Positions 30,130-39,122 of a DNA stretch of 64,000 nucleotides are shown one piece after another. The notes below the pieces were generated by a model. The model was not told the DNA's origin. It worked only from the letters and a program-made list of their open reading frames with translations, and ran no database searches. The stretch spans positions 3,826-67,825 of the forward strand of contig JAFTPS010000013.1 of assembly GCA_017463185.1 (NCBI GenBank). Reading direction: 5' to 3'. Origin of the DNA: Alphaproteobacteria bacterium. GTDB lineage: Bacteria > Pseudomonadota > Alphaproteobacteria > Rs-D84. Both the position numbers and the translations under genes were made by a program. Each line of letters starts with the position of its first letter. Position 1 is the stretch's first letter.

Positions 30130-31467
30130 ATGGTTAAAATTCATAACGCAATGAAATTCTTAAAAAACTTTTTCGGTAACCTTAGTGATTTGCAGAAGCG
30201 TATTCTGTTTACGTTGGGGGCACTTATCGTTTATCGTATTGGTTCGTTTATTCCGTTGCCTGGTGTAAATGCATCCGCTGTTTTGCATTTATTCAGTGGC
30301 GATAATGGAATGATGGGAATGTTTGATATGTTCAGTGGTGGCTCTCTGTCACGTATGTCTGTTTTGGCATTGAACATTTTCCCGTATATTTCCGCTTCTA
30401 TTGTTTTGCAGTTGTTGACAGCAACCAGCAAATCTTTAAGCGAATTACGTAAAGAAGGTGAATCTGGTCGTATCAAAATAAACCAGTATACACGTTATTT
30501 GGCGGTGTTTTTGGCGGTTGTACAGGGATGGGCCGTTATTCGTGGGCTTGAAGCGATGGCCCCTGTCAATGGTGTTTCTGCGGTTGTAAATCCGGGTTTT
30601 GCGTTTGAATTATCCGCTATTATTGCATTGGTTGGCGGTACAGTATTTGTTATGTGGCTGGCCGAGCAGATTACCGCACGTGGTATCGGACAGGGTGCAT
30701 CTTTGCTTATCTTTGCGGGGATTATTGCCGAAGTGCCGGGTGGACTGGCCAAGGTTTTCTCGCTGGGGTCGGTTGGACAGATTTCACCGGCTATGATTGC
30801 ATTGATTGTTGTGTTTGTGGTTGGCATTGTAGCGTTGATTGCGTTCTTTGAACAGGCTCAGCGTCGTATCCAGATTTTATATCCACGTCAGGTTATGGCA
30901 AATGGTGTTATGAATACTAATGCATCGTATTTGCCAATTAAAATCAATATGTCTGGCGTTATGGGACCGGTGTTTGCTTCGTCTATTATGATGTTGCCCG
31001 CATTTGTTCAGCGTTTTGTGCAAAGTGAAAATCTGTGGGTTCAGAATGTTATGGCATTCTTTACCTATGGTACGTGGTCATATATTATTACATTTACGGT
31101 ATTGATTGCGTTCTTTGCATATTTTCAGACGGCGGTTATTTTTAATTCTGAGGAAACCAGTAATAATTTGAAAAATGCTGGTGGTTATATCCCGGGGGTT
31201 CGTCCGGGCGAACAAACAATTCATTATCTGGATAATGTTGTTTCCCGTACGACGGCGATTGGTGTGGCGTATCTGATAGTTGTGTGTGTGTTGCCTATTA
31301 TTTTGAATACCCACGCGGGGATGCCTTTGGCAATTGGAGGAACCAGCGTTTTGATTGTGGCGGGCGTTGTGCTGGATACAATGAATCAGGTTCAGTCATA
31401 TTTGGTGGCAAAACAATATAGTGGCGTTATCCAAAAGGCACAAAAGAAAGGTCGTTTCCGTGGCTAG
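30130..31467 (+). CDS. secY: Preprotein translocase subunit SecY
   Basis: 10-TM protein. LQKRILFTLGALIVYRIGSFIPLPGV, ITARGIGQGASLLIFAGI. Start uncertain: ATG at 30130 or 30151; the track start at 30100 is TTG. Confidence 0.95.
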   Translation: MVKIHNAMKFLKNFFGNLSDLQKRILFTLGALIVYRIGSFIPLPGVNASAVLHLFSGDNGMMGMFDMFSGGSLSRMSVLALNIFPYISASIVLQLLTATSKSLSELRKEGESGRIKINQYTRYLAVFLAVVQGWAVIRGLEAMAPVNGVSAVVNPGFAFELSAIIALVGGTVFVMWLAEQITARGIGQGASLLIFAGIIAEVPGGLAKVFSLGSVGQISPAMIALIVVFVVGIVALIAFFEQAQRRIQILYPRQVMANGVMNTNASYLPIKINMSGVMGPVFASSIMMLPAFVQRFVQSENLWVQNVMAFFTYGTWSYIITFTVLIAFFAYFQTAVIFNSEETSNNLKNAGGYIPGVRPGEQTIHYLDNVVSRTTAIGVAYLIVVCVLPIILNTHAGMPLAIGGTSVLIVAGVVLDTMNQVQSYLVAKQYSGVIQKAQKKGRFRG

Positions 31468-31623
31468 GTCCGTGGGACGATAAACAAAGATTTGACTTTT
31501 GTCGTGTTTTGTATAAAATTATGCGGCAAAATAAAAATAGCCCACGATAAAAAAATCTTGGGTTTGGGTATCGGGGTGCGGGTGGACTCGCGCTTCGCAG
31601 TTAAATAAAAAGGAAAATAAAAA

Positions 31624-32001
31624 ATGGCACGTATAGCAGGTGTTAACATTCCGACAGAAAAGCGCATTGAAATTGCGTTGCAATACATTCACGGTATTGG
31701 GCCAGCAAAAGCGGCACAAATTTGTGAAGCGTTGAAATTAAAAGACGGTTTGCGCGCAAAAGATTTGACGGACGCGGATGTTATCAAAATTTCTAATTAC
31801 ATAGAAGAAAACTTTAAAGTAGAAGGTGATGTTCGTCGTGAAGTTACAATGAACATTAAACGTCTGCAGGATTTGAAAACCTATCGCGGTATTCGTCATC
31901 GTAACCGTTTGCCGGTTCGTGGTCAGCGTACACAGACAAATGCTCGTACCCGCAAGGGCAAGCGCGTGGTAGTCGCTGGTTCCGCAACCAAGGGGAAATA
32001 A
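31624..32001 (+). CDS. rpsM: 30S ribosomal protein S13
   Basis: [26 protein letters not shown]...[22 protein letters not shown]. Confidence 0.98.
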   Translation: MARIAGVNIPTEKRIEIALQYIHGIGPAKAAQICEALKLKDGLRAKDLTDADVIKISNYIEENFKVEGDVRREVTMNIKRLQDLKTYRGIRHRNRLPVRGQRTQTNARTRKGKRVVVAGSATKGK

Positions 32002-32162
32002 ATTTAATCTAATGTCATATCTGCTTGTTGGTGGCTCGCTCGTGTAGCATTTGTACACTTCGCTCGCCAACAACGGCGCATCTATAACATTATCTTAAAT
32101 TTAATAATAAGGTAGAGATTAACACCATAGTTAATTGAAGACATCTAGAAAGGTAAAATAAA

Positions 32163-32546
32163 ATGGCAGTTACAAAAGCTAAAAAGAAAGTTGTAAAAAA
32201 AGTATCGCACGGCATTGCACACGTTGTTGCGACTAATAACAATACACGTATTACAATCACAGACCAGTCTGGTGCCGTGTTGACCTGGGCCACCGCTGGG
32301 GCAAATAATTTTAAGGGCGCGAAAAAGTCCACACCATATGCCGCAACAATCGTTGCAGATGCAGTTGGTAAAAAAGTCGCCGAAATGGGTATGAAAACAG
32401 TTGATGTTTTGATGCGTGGTATTGGTCAGGGTCGTGAATCTGCTGTACGTGGATTGGCAAACGCCGGTCTGATTGTGCAGTCCATTACCGATACAACGCG
32501 TATTCCGCACAATGGGTGCCGCCCAAAGAAAGTGCGTCGCGTGTAA
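32163..32546 (+). CDS. rpsK: 30S ribosomal protein S11
   Basis: GIAHVVATNNNTRITITDQSG...KGAKKSTPYAA...DTTRIPHNGCRPKK.RR. Confidence 0.98.
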   Translation: MAVTKAKKKVVKKVSHGIAHVVATNNNTRITITDQSGAVLTWATAGANNFKGAKKSTPYAATIVADAVGKKVAEMGMKTVDVLMRGIGQGRESAVRGLANAGLIVQSITDTTRIPHNGCRPKKVRRV

Positions 32547-32549
32547 TAA

Positions 32550-32578
32550 AAATCCCGCCAACGGCGGGATTTTTTTTA
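32550..32578 (+). terminator. Strong rho-independent terminator directly after rpsK
   Basis: aaaaATCCCGCCaacGGCGGGATtttttttt. Confidence 0.9.
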
Positions 32579-32597
32579 TCGTCATTCGTTATTAGTA

Positions 32598-32706
32598 TAT
32601 TCTTTTTTGTCATTGCGAGCGAACGCGCCTGCCATACGAAGCCTTGGCGTAGTGTGGTGGCAAACCAGTAAATTAGTGTAAGTTGTTAGTGGATAGTGTT
32701 GAAATT
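32598..32706 (+). repeat. Degenerate remnant of the four-helix-bundle cassette 5' region
   Basis: gtcattgcgagcgaa...taaattagtgtaagttgttagtggatagtgttgaaat is similar to 2936-2996. No ORF. Confidence 0.5.
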
Positions 32707-32810
32707 CCGGGGTGGGGGGGGGAAAAGATAGAAATACCAATCCCCCACCCAGGTTTTACTAATTCACTGTCGTTCATAAGTAAAACCGTCCCGCCCCACA
32801 AGGGGGCAGG

Positions 32811-32837
32811 GAAAATCCCGCCATTGGCGGGATTTTT
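32811..32837 (-). terminator. Terminator of the Cys-rich operon (hairpin identical to 9738-9767)
   Basis: ATCCCGCCattGGCGGGAT just beyond the stop at 32840, with A and T runs on both sides. Confidence 0.75.
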
Positions 32838-32839
32838 GA

Positions 32840-35800
32840 TTATTTACATTTCCCGGCAACGACCTGGACATTTACACGGCGACAGCTTTCGTCGTTTGGT
32901 TGCGGATAGGTTGCCTTTGGACATTCGGTCTCGCCCGCGCCACTGGTTTGTATATTGGCGGCAGGGATGGTGTTATTCTTGATCAATACATTTTTGACTG
33001 CATTGGCACGGGCCAGGGACAGACGGGGGTTGTTCCAGGTGCTGTCCTCTTTGAATTGTGTACGGTCGGTATGTCCCGTGATTTTAACACAATAGTCGTT
33101 ATTCTTTAACAAATCGCTTTGTTCCGACAATTTGTTATTAAAGTCATCTAAGAATGCTTCGGCTTTGTTGTTGCTTATCTTTGCGCTGCCACTGGCAAAA
33201 GTCGTGTCGGCCTTGATATTAATTTCAGCAATAACATCGTCTTTGGTAAGTATAGTGGCGATTTCTTCACACGTGCCGTTGTTATCCAAATCCTGATATC
33301 CGGTTTTGCAGACGCATTTATTATCTTTGATTTCTTTGTTTTCAGCGGTACTGCAAACACATTGTGCATTATCTTCAGTAAAGCCGTTGTTATAATCACA
33401 GTCGCAAATATTTTGACTGTCCGCCACCGCATATTGCGCACAGGTACAATCGGCACTGGTTGGATTTTTGACCAGGCCCGTATAGTTGCATTCTTGGGCT
33501 TTTTCAATGCATTGGCCATTGGACTTTACGCGTGGAGGCGTGCATTCACAGGCATCTTTATTTATGTTTACCGTGTATCCATTGGTACAATCCACACAAC
33601 CCTGTTCCATATTGAAATATGCATTTTCGTTTGTGCAAGTACAGTTTGGTGCGGTGCCAGACCCCGTTGTACCAGTAAACTCAGAACACTTTTTCACGGG
33701 CAGGCTGCGCTGTTCCTGTTCAACCTGTTGGAAAATTTGTTTCAATGGTTCGTATTTTGCCAGAATTTCATCTGTTTTATCTTGTTTGTTTTTTCCGGAA
33801 TTGATGGCCAGGTTTCCCGCCAAAGACGCAACCGCGCCTGTACCCGCAATGATTAAACCGGTCTTTTTCTTGTCCGCGGTGTCGGCCTTTTGTTGTGCCC
33901 AAGCCACCGCGTCCGCCGATGTTTCATCCGACAGTGCGCGTGCCAATGATGTGTATGCACCACCCGTTTTTCCGGTCGCGATATCGTCATAAAGACCGGT
34001 TTGTGTTTTGTCAAATACTACCTCGGATTCAATGCCGGGGCGCATATCCAGTGCCGTTTTGCGAATTTTCAAATCGGATGCCAATTGTAGATATTCGGCG
34101 TATAATGGTGTCAGTTCATTGCCACCCGGTAATTCAACCGCCATTTCACCGCCAACAATGTTTTTCCCCCCACCATAGTTGCAATGCATTGTGGCCAGGT
34201 ATGCTTTCATATCTTGTTCGGCATCTTCGTCGGCGGATTGTTCGGCGGACGCGGACATAGTCTGCATCAAACCAATACCGGTTGCGCCCATTCCAACCGC
34301 ACCCAATAATTTATTTTCGGTGGATTGTTCCTTGTCCTTCATTTTTTGGGCGTTTTCACGTAATTCGGCAATTTGTTTTTCCGAATCTTCTTTGGATAAT
34401 TTAGCCTTAGGATTCTCGGTGCATGATTTTTTATCATCGCTGACGCTGTACCCGCTTTTGCATTCATCAATTATGCAGACTTCTGAATTGGATGCGGTGT
34501 CAAATTCACGATGTGCCTTTTTGGCGTTTTCCGGTTTGTCAGCGCAGTCGCCCCCAATAGAAATACATGCGCCTTTTGATACCTCAAAACCACTGGCACA
34601 GGCGGTGGCATAACATTTACCTTTCTTTAATTCACCGGCGGTGGCGTTTTCAATTGCCTTTACCTGGGATTCAGAGCAGGGACCTTCGCTGACCTCGCAC
34701 TTGGTGCCGTTATTATCAGGCAAGTATCCGTCATTACACTTTTTAATTACGCAGGTCAGTTTATTATTGACCATTTCGTATTTAGCCGTTTTGACATTTG
34801 GGTCATCGTGGGTGCATGTTTCGCCCGATAACTTTTCACATTTGTTTGTGGTTTCGTTTAATTTATAATTATCGGCACATTTGGTAATTTTGCAATATGT
34901 TTTGCCGTTATCACCGCAGGCCTTGGTTGCGGCAACTGCATTCTTGGGCAGTTTGGGTTTTGTGTTGCTTGTGCAGGCTGTGTCGGTAATTGTCACACAT
35001 TTGCCAGATTTAACTTCGTAGCCGCATTTACATTCGGTTGCGATACATTGTTCTTTTTCATCAATCCCGGTTTCCACCGCATTTGGATGCTGCTTTTGTT
35101 GGTCTGCGGTACAGGATTTTAATTTTTCAATACATGCATCGCCATTTTCGTCTGGTTTCCAGCCTTCTTTACATTCCAGTACACGACAGGCCTCGTATTG
35201 GCCATTGCAATAGCGTTGGGTTTTTGTTGCGTGTTCTGGAACACTGATGCATTTTGTTCCCTTGTTGCATATACCATTTTTTAGGTCGTATCCACATTCG
35301 CATGCACTGGCAACACATTTTGTTTGTTCGCCAACCATTTGCCAGGTGGCAGCGGTTGCGTTGCTTGGTTTTTGATTACTGGTTATACAGTTCCGACCAA
35401 TATTGCTGGCTGTGATATTGACTTCATTAAGTGTTATGACAGTTGGTTTTAATTTAATTGATAATTTTGTGCTGGGGGATACAGTTGTAGTTTCATAACC
35501 CATATAGGATATTGTTATTTGCTGGTCCGCGGGGAAGTTATCCATTTTGAAAAAGCCGTTTACATCGGTGGTAGTGCCTATCTCCGTTGTTTTTTCCGGA
35601 ATAACGTGTGCACCGATAACTGGTTCACTGTTTTCGTCCAAGATAGTACCCGAAATAGTCATTGTTTCGGCAGATGTCGCCGTGTTGGCCGCATTTATAG
35701 TTGCAGAATTATTTTGACCAAATATTTGTTTGCACGCTTGGTCAATCCACTGTGTTTTTTCAGCTTCTGATACGTCTAATATTAACGTGTGGATATCATT

Positions 35801-36136
35801 ATTCTTTGCATCACATGCAATTTGCCCGTATGCGGTGGCAAAATCATTCCGTCGTTGTTCTGTAATCAGTACATCCATCGCACAGGGGGCGCAATTTTCG
35901 GGCAAATCACCAACACTACATGTATATGATTCATAGTTACATGTAAATTTATGTTGTTCTGTAAACGGTTTATTAAATTCTGCACGCAGTGGTGTTTTGC
36001 AAGAATCAGGCAGTTTGCTGTACTTAAAGGCGAGAAATCCATCTGTCTGTCTATTTTTTACACATTCGTCTGTATACGCCATTGCGGGCAGGGTAGTAAT
36101 ACCGAATATTGAAAAGAAAACTAATAATTTTTTCAT
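32840..36136 (-). CDS. 1098-aa secreted mosaic protein: CarboxypepD_reg-like domain, EGF-like Cys repeats, glycine zippers, C-terminal OmpA-like peptidoglycan-binding domain
   Basis: Signal peptide MKKLLVFFSIFGITTLPAMA. ISGTILDENSEPVIGAHV...GFFKMDNFP...ISYMGYET (aa 161-232). At least 9 CxCxxG(Y/F/W)x4-8C units. FASGSAKIS...ITGHTDRT...NPRLSLARANAV...CRRVNVQV is OmpA_C-like. I hand-counted about 63 Cys. Confidence 0.75.
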   Translation of the reverse strand: MKKLLVFFSIFGITTLPAMAYTDECVKNRQTDGFLAFKYSKLPDSCKTPLRAEFNKPFTEQHKFTCNYESYTCSVGDLPENCAPCAMDVLITEQRRNDFATAYGQIACDAKNNDIHTLILDVSEAEKTQWIDQACKQIFGQNNSATINAANTATSAETMTISGTILDENSEPVIGAHVIPEKTTEIGTTTDVNGFFKMDNFPADQQITISYMGYETTTVSPSTKLSIKLKPTVITLNEVNITASNIGRNCITSNQKPSNATAATWQMVGEQTKCVASACECGYDLKNGICNKGTKCISVPEHATKTQRYCNGQYEACRVLECKEGWKPDENGDACIEKLKSCTADQQKQHPNAVETGIDEKEQCIATECKCGYEVKSGKCVTITDTACTSNTKPKLPKNAVAATKACGDNGKTYCKITKCADNYKLNETTNKCEKLSGETCTHDDPNVKTAKYEMVNNKLTCVIKKCNDGYLPDNNGTKCEVSEGPCSESQVKAIENATAGELKKGKCYATACASGFEVSKGACISIGGDCADKPENAKKAHREFDTASNSEVCIIDECKSGYSVSDDKKSCTENPKAKLSKEDSEKQIAELRENAQKMKDKEQSTENKLLGAVGMGATGIGLMQTMSASAEQSADEDAEQDMKAYLATMHCNYGGGKNIVGGEMAVELPGGNELTPLYAEYLQLASDLKIRKTALDMRPGIESEVVFDKTQTGLYDDIATGKTGGAYTSLARALSDETSADAVAWAQQKADTADKKKTGLIIAGTGAVASLAGNLAINSGKNKQDKTDEILAKYEPLKQIFQQVEQEQRSLPVKKCSEFTGTTGSGTAPNCTCTNENAYFNMEQGCVDCTNGYTVNINKDACECTPPRVKSNGQCIEKAQECNYTGLVKNPTSADCTCAQYAVADSQNICDCDYNNGFTEDNAQCVCSTAENKEIKDNKCVCKTGYQDLDNNGTCEEIATILTKDDVIAEINIKADTTFASGSAKISNNKAEAFLDDFNNKLSEQSDLLKNNDYCVKITGHTDRTQFKEDSTWNNPRLSLARANAVKNVLIKNNTIPAANIQTSGAGETECPKATYPQPNDESCRRVNVQVVAGKCK

Positions 36137-36166
36137 TTGTGTACCAACTGTTGTTATGTTGTTATT

Positions 36167-38065
36167 TTATCGTGTCCCCAGTGTGCGTGACCCCAGGTTG
36201 AAACTTGTGCCACCTGTTCCACCCAAACCAGACGATGGTTTTAATGTCGTGTTTAGCTTCAAGGTGCATTTACCATCTTTGTATTCTTGTGTTTGTGGGT
36301 CGCATTCACATAACATTGTTTTATTATTCCATTTACCGCCATTTGTACAGTCACAGGTATAAACATTCCATATCCCCTTAGCAAGTTCACAAGCAGTCTT
36401 TTGGGAACTGATATCTGCTGGTTTTTCACCATCGGCATATTCTTTACAGGTTTGTGTCCAATCGTCCCAACGGGCATTATCACCGCATTGTGGGTCTTTG
36501 CAAATGCCGTCTTCCCATTTGCCTTTGGCTTTTTTGCAATTTTTCTGGGCGGTTTTATCATCGGGACGGTCGGATGAATCATTGTCTGTACCCCCCCCTG
36601 AATCCTTTGATTTTACGCATTTATTTTTTGTGTTATCCCATGTTTTGTTGTTGTCACATTGTGCGCCAGTACATGTGTTAGTGGCAGAATCCCATGTTCC
36701 CTTTGCTTTTTCGCAACGCTTTTGGGCCTTGTCTGGTTTGTTATCGTCTTCGTCGTCATCGTCGGCGTTTTGGTCACTATCGTTGCCACTTGCGTCGGAT
36801 GCGCCGTCGCCATAGTTTTCATCATATTCTTTTTCGGCTTTTTTCAGGGCCTTTTCAGCCTTTTGACGGTCCAGTGCGCGGTCTATTGCGCCCGATGTTA
36901 TCGCGCCCACGCCCATACCAACACCGGAACCCAACATTGCCGATGATGCCGCCGTCTGGGACCGGGTCAGACGATATGCGTTTTCTTTGAATGTTGTTAC
37001 ATCTATGCCAAACCAATTTTGGGTGCAATCAAATGTTGAACCGGCGTATGCTTTCTTGGATGCAAACAGTGTGTTATCATCGCCAGCATAGAAATTCACA
37101 GTGTATACGCAATCCAGTGTACGTTCATCAAACGTTGCCCCCAGGCGTTGGCAGACCGATGCCATTTTATCGCGCAATTCATACAGGCGTTTTTCATCGG
37201 CTGCGACCTGTTTTTCCGCATCCAGGCGCAGTGTGCCAAACACATTCATTGTACGTGCGGCCAGGCCACTGTCTTGTTCGCGACAATCGTTGGCAATTTT
37301 TTTACATTTTTCAATTGCTGCATCGCCCGCCTTTTTCCCCAGGCATTTTGAAAATGTTGTACCACATTCGGTGACGATACAATCGTTATAATTATTTCCA
37401 CAATCAACAATTGCGTTATATGCGGAAATTTTTGCATTCATATCGCGGTCAGCCTTGATTTCCGCTGCAAAAATCGCGTATTCGTGCCCAGTACAGGTTA
37501 AATCACGACGGCACGCATCCATTTTTGTGCCCCACATAGTATCGGTATCGCCCGCGCATTTTGAAAAATCGTTTCCACATTTTGATTTCATACATGCACG
37601 CAACCCGGAATCACAGGAATTTGCGCCAGCGGCCACGGTTGATTTTTTTGCCGCGTCTGTTATGGATTGGGCATCCAATGCTGCACGCTGATTTCGTACC
37701 ATTTCGGCCAGGGAACTGGCCCCACCGTCCGTTCCCGATGATGTTGTTTTATCCAGAACGGTATCAAATTGGTCGGTTTTATCCTCTATTATAACTTCTT
37801 CGGCAACTTCTGTTTCCTCAACCTCTGGTTCGGTGGTGGTTGTCGTTGTTGTGGATGCAGATGTGTTATTGTTTGCCTTGTTCGTGGTGGTCATTGTTGG
37901 CATACGCGATGCGGCGGATGTATTGCCACGCGATACGGCAACGCGCCCACGCTGGGCCACAGCGGCATCAGATGTGCCGATACAAATCGTCCACACCAGG
38001 CCACAAATGGCAATGCGGGCGCAACTAAATAAAACTTTGTTAAAAAATGTTTCTGGTCTGGTCAT
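36167..38065 (-). CDS. 632-aa secreted Cys-rich protein with T/N/E-rich linker, glycine zipper and three C-terminal Cys/Trp repeats
   Basis: Signal-like N-terminus ending SDA|AVAQ. Cys domain at aa 150-245 is paralogous to the 296-aa neighbour. AMLGSGVGMGVGAITSGAI. Three CxKAKGxW...C...C...W...C repeats. Confidence 0.7.
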   Translation of the reverse strand: MTRPETFFNKVLFSCARIAICGLVWTICIGTSDAAVAQRGRVAVSRGNTSAASRMPTMTTTNKANNNTSASTTTTTTTEPEVEETEVAEEVIIEDKTDQFDTVLDKTTSSGTDGGASSLAEMVRNQRAALDAQSITDAAKKSTVAAGANSCDSGLRACMKSKCGNDFSKCAGDTDTMWGTKMDACRRDLTCTGHEYAIFAAEIKADRDMNAKISAYNAIVDCGNNYNDCIVTECGTTFSKCLGKKAGDAAIEKCKKIANDCREQDSGLAARTMNVFGTLRLDAEKQVAADEKRLYELRDKMASVCQRLGATFDERTLDCVYTVNFYAGDDNTLFASKKAYAGSTFDCTQNWFGIDVTTFKENAYRLTRSQTAASSAMLGSGVGMGVGAITSGAIDRALDRQKAEKALKKAEKEYDENYGDGASDASGNDSDQNADDDDEDDNKPDKAQKRCEKAKGTWDSATNTCTGAQCDNNKTWDNTKNKCVKSKDSGGGTDNDSSDRPDDKTAQKNCKKAKGKWEDGICKDPQCGDNARWDDWTQTCKEYADGEKPADISSQKTACELAKGIWNVYTCDCTNGGKWNNKTMLCECDPQTQEYKDGKCTLKLNTTLKPSSGLGGTGGTSFNLGSRTLGTR

Positions 38066-38087
38066 AGTGGTTCATATGCCTTTTGTA

Positions 38088-38978
38088 TTATTTAATTGTT
38101 CCGCAGGCAACTTCATAGAATTTGCACAGCAGTATTGCCATTGATTTTTCAGCCTCAAACCCGGGGGCGCATTTGTTTATCATATTGCTTTCGCATACGG
38201 TTTCAACGCATGCGTCGCGCGTGCCATTGTCCGCACAGCCCGATTTGATGTCGGCCAATTTCTTGTCACGGGCGGATTTGTATGACGCTGCCAGGTTGGT
38301 GATGTTAGCCTCTGCATTCTTTATTGCGTTATCGCGGTCGGTTGATAATTTTGTACGAATATCCGCCAGGTACGCATCGCACCCCGTGGCGGCAACACTG
38401 CATTCAGCAAAGAATTTATCAAAATCCGCGTTTTCACCGCACGCACGATAATCGCCGGTACATTTATTATCCTTTATCAGGCAAGATTTAACCTCTGACT
38501 GACAGGCGGATTGGGTTTTTGCCTTTTTCGCGGCCTTGGCCAAATTGGCCATTTCTGCCGATATCCCGGCGGCCTTGCATGATTGTTCAATCAAACTGTC
38601 GTATGTTTCGGATACATCGTCTGCGGTACAACCTGTGACCTTTTTAATACATTGTGCGGTTGCCCACGCATAGCGTTCGCCTGGGTCATCGGGTGCCTTT
38701 TTTAAATCCTTGGCTGAAATGTTATATTTCGCAGACGAGCCAACGGATACACTGCGCATACCGTTATCGGTTGGCGGTGTGCCCGCGCCGGATGTGCCGC
38801 AATACTGGCACCGGGCGGCCGGATTTGTTGATACGTTTATCGCACACGCAGAATCCAGGCATCGTGTCAAATTTGCGCGTGAACATGTCGCTGCCGCCTG
38901 GGCCGTAGCCACGCAAAGCGTCAACAGCAAAGCCATAAAGGCGGTTTTGCAATCAAAATGTAGTTTTGTGTTTTTCAT
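38088..38978 (-). CDS. 296-aa secreted Cys-rich protein (first gene of the operon)
   Basis: Signal peptide ...LLLTLCVATAQA. About 20 Cys in the mature part. Domain at aa 158-272 is paralogous to aa 150-245 of the next gene. Confidence 0.7.
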   Translation of the reverse strand: MKNTKLHFDCKTAFMALLLTLCVATAQAAATCSRANLTRCLDSACAINVSTNPAARCQYCGTSGAGTPPTDNGMRSVSVGSSAKYNISAKDLKKAPDDPGERYAWATAQCIKKVTGCTADDVSETYDSLIEQSCKAAGISAEMANLAKAAKKAKTQSACQSEVKSCLIKDNKCTGDYRACGENADFDKFFAECSVAATGCDAYLADIRTKLSTDRDNAIKNAEANITNLAASYKSARDKKLADIKSGCADNGTRDACVETVCESNMINKCAPGFEAEKSMAILLCKFYEVACGTIK

Positions 38979-38995
38979 ATTCTCTCTTGTGCCTG

Positions 38996-39024
38996 ATTAT
39001 ATCAAAAAAGCAAATGCAGCGCAA
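38996..39024 (-). promoter_or_regulatory. Candidate promoter of the Cys-rich operon (TTGCGC-17-TATAAT with extended -10 TG)
   Basis: Minus strand ttgcgc at 39024-39019 and tgatataat ending at 38996. Implies a very short leader. Confidence 0.4.
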
Positions 39025-39060
39025 AGGAAAAACAGAACAACAAAAATTTTTATCAAATGA

Positions 39061-39089
39061 TTGACAAATGACAAAAGTTTGTCTATATT
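39061..39089 (+). promoter_or_regulatory. Sigma70 promoter (TTGACA-17-TATATT)
   Basis: ttgaca at 39061-39066, tatatt at 39084-39089, upstream of 39123. Confidence 0.6.
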
Positions 39090-39122
39090 AAAGACATAAA
39101 ACCAATAAAAAGGATTATAAAA

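Noticed and set aside
31468-31623. Hidden rpmJ or infA between secY and rpsM
   Set aside because: The only ATG-initiated ORF here is 6 codons long. No L36-like (Cys/His-rich, about 38 aa) or IF-1-like reading frame is present.
32683-32982. 99-codon plus-strand ORF at the operon/island junction
   Set aside because: It spans repeat remnants, two hairpins and the antisense strand of the 1098-aa gene's 3' end. It has no RBS.
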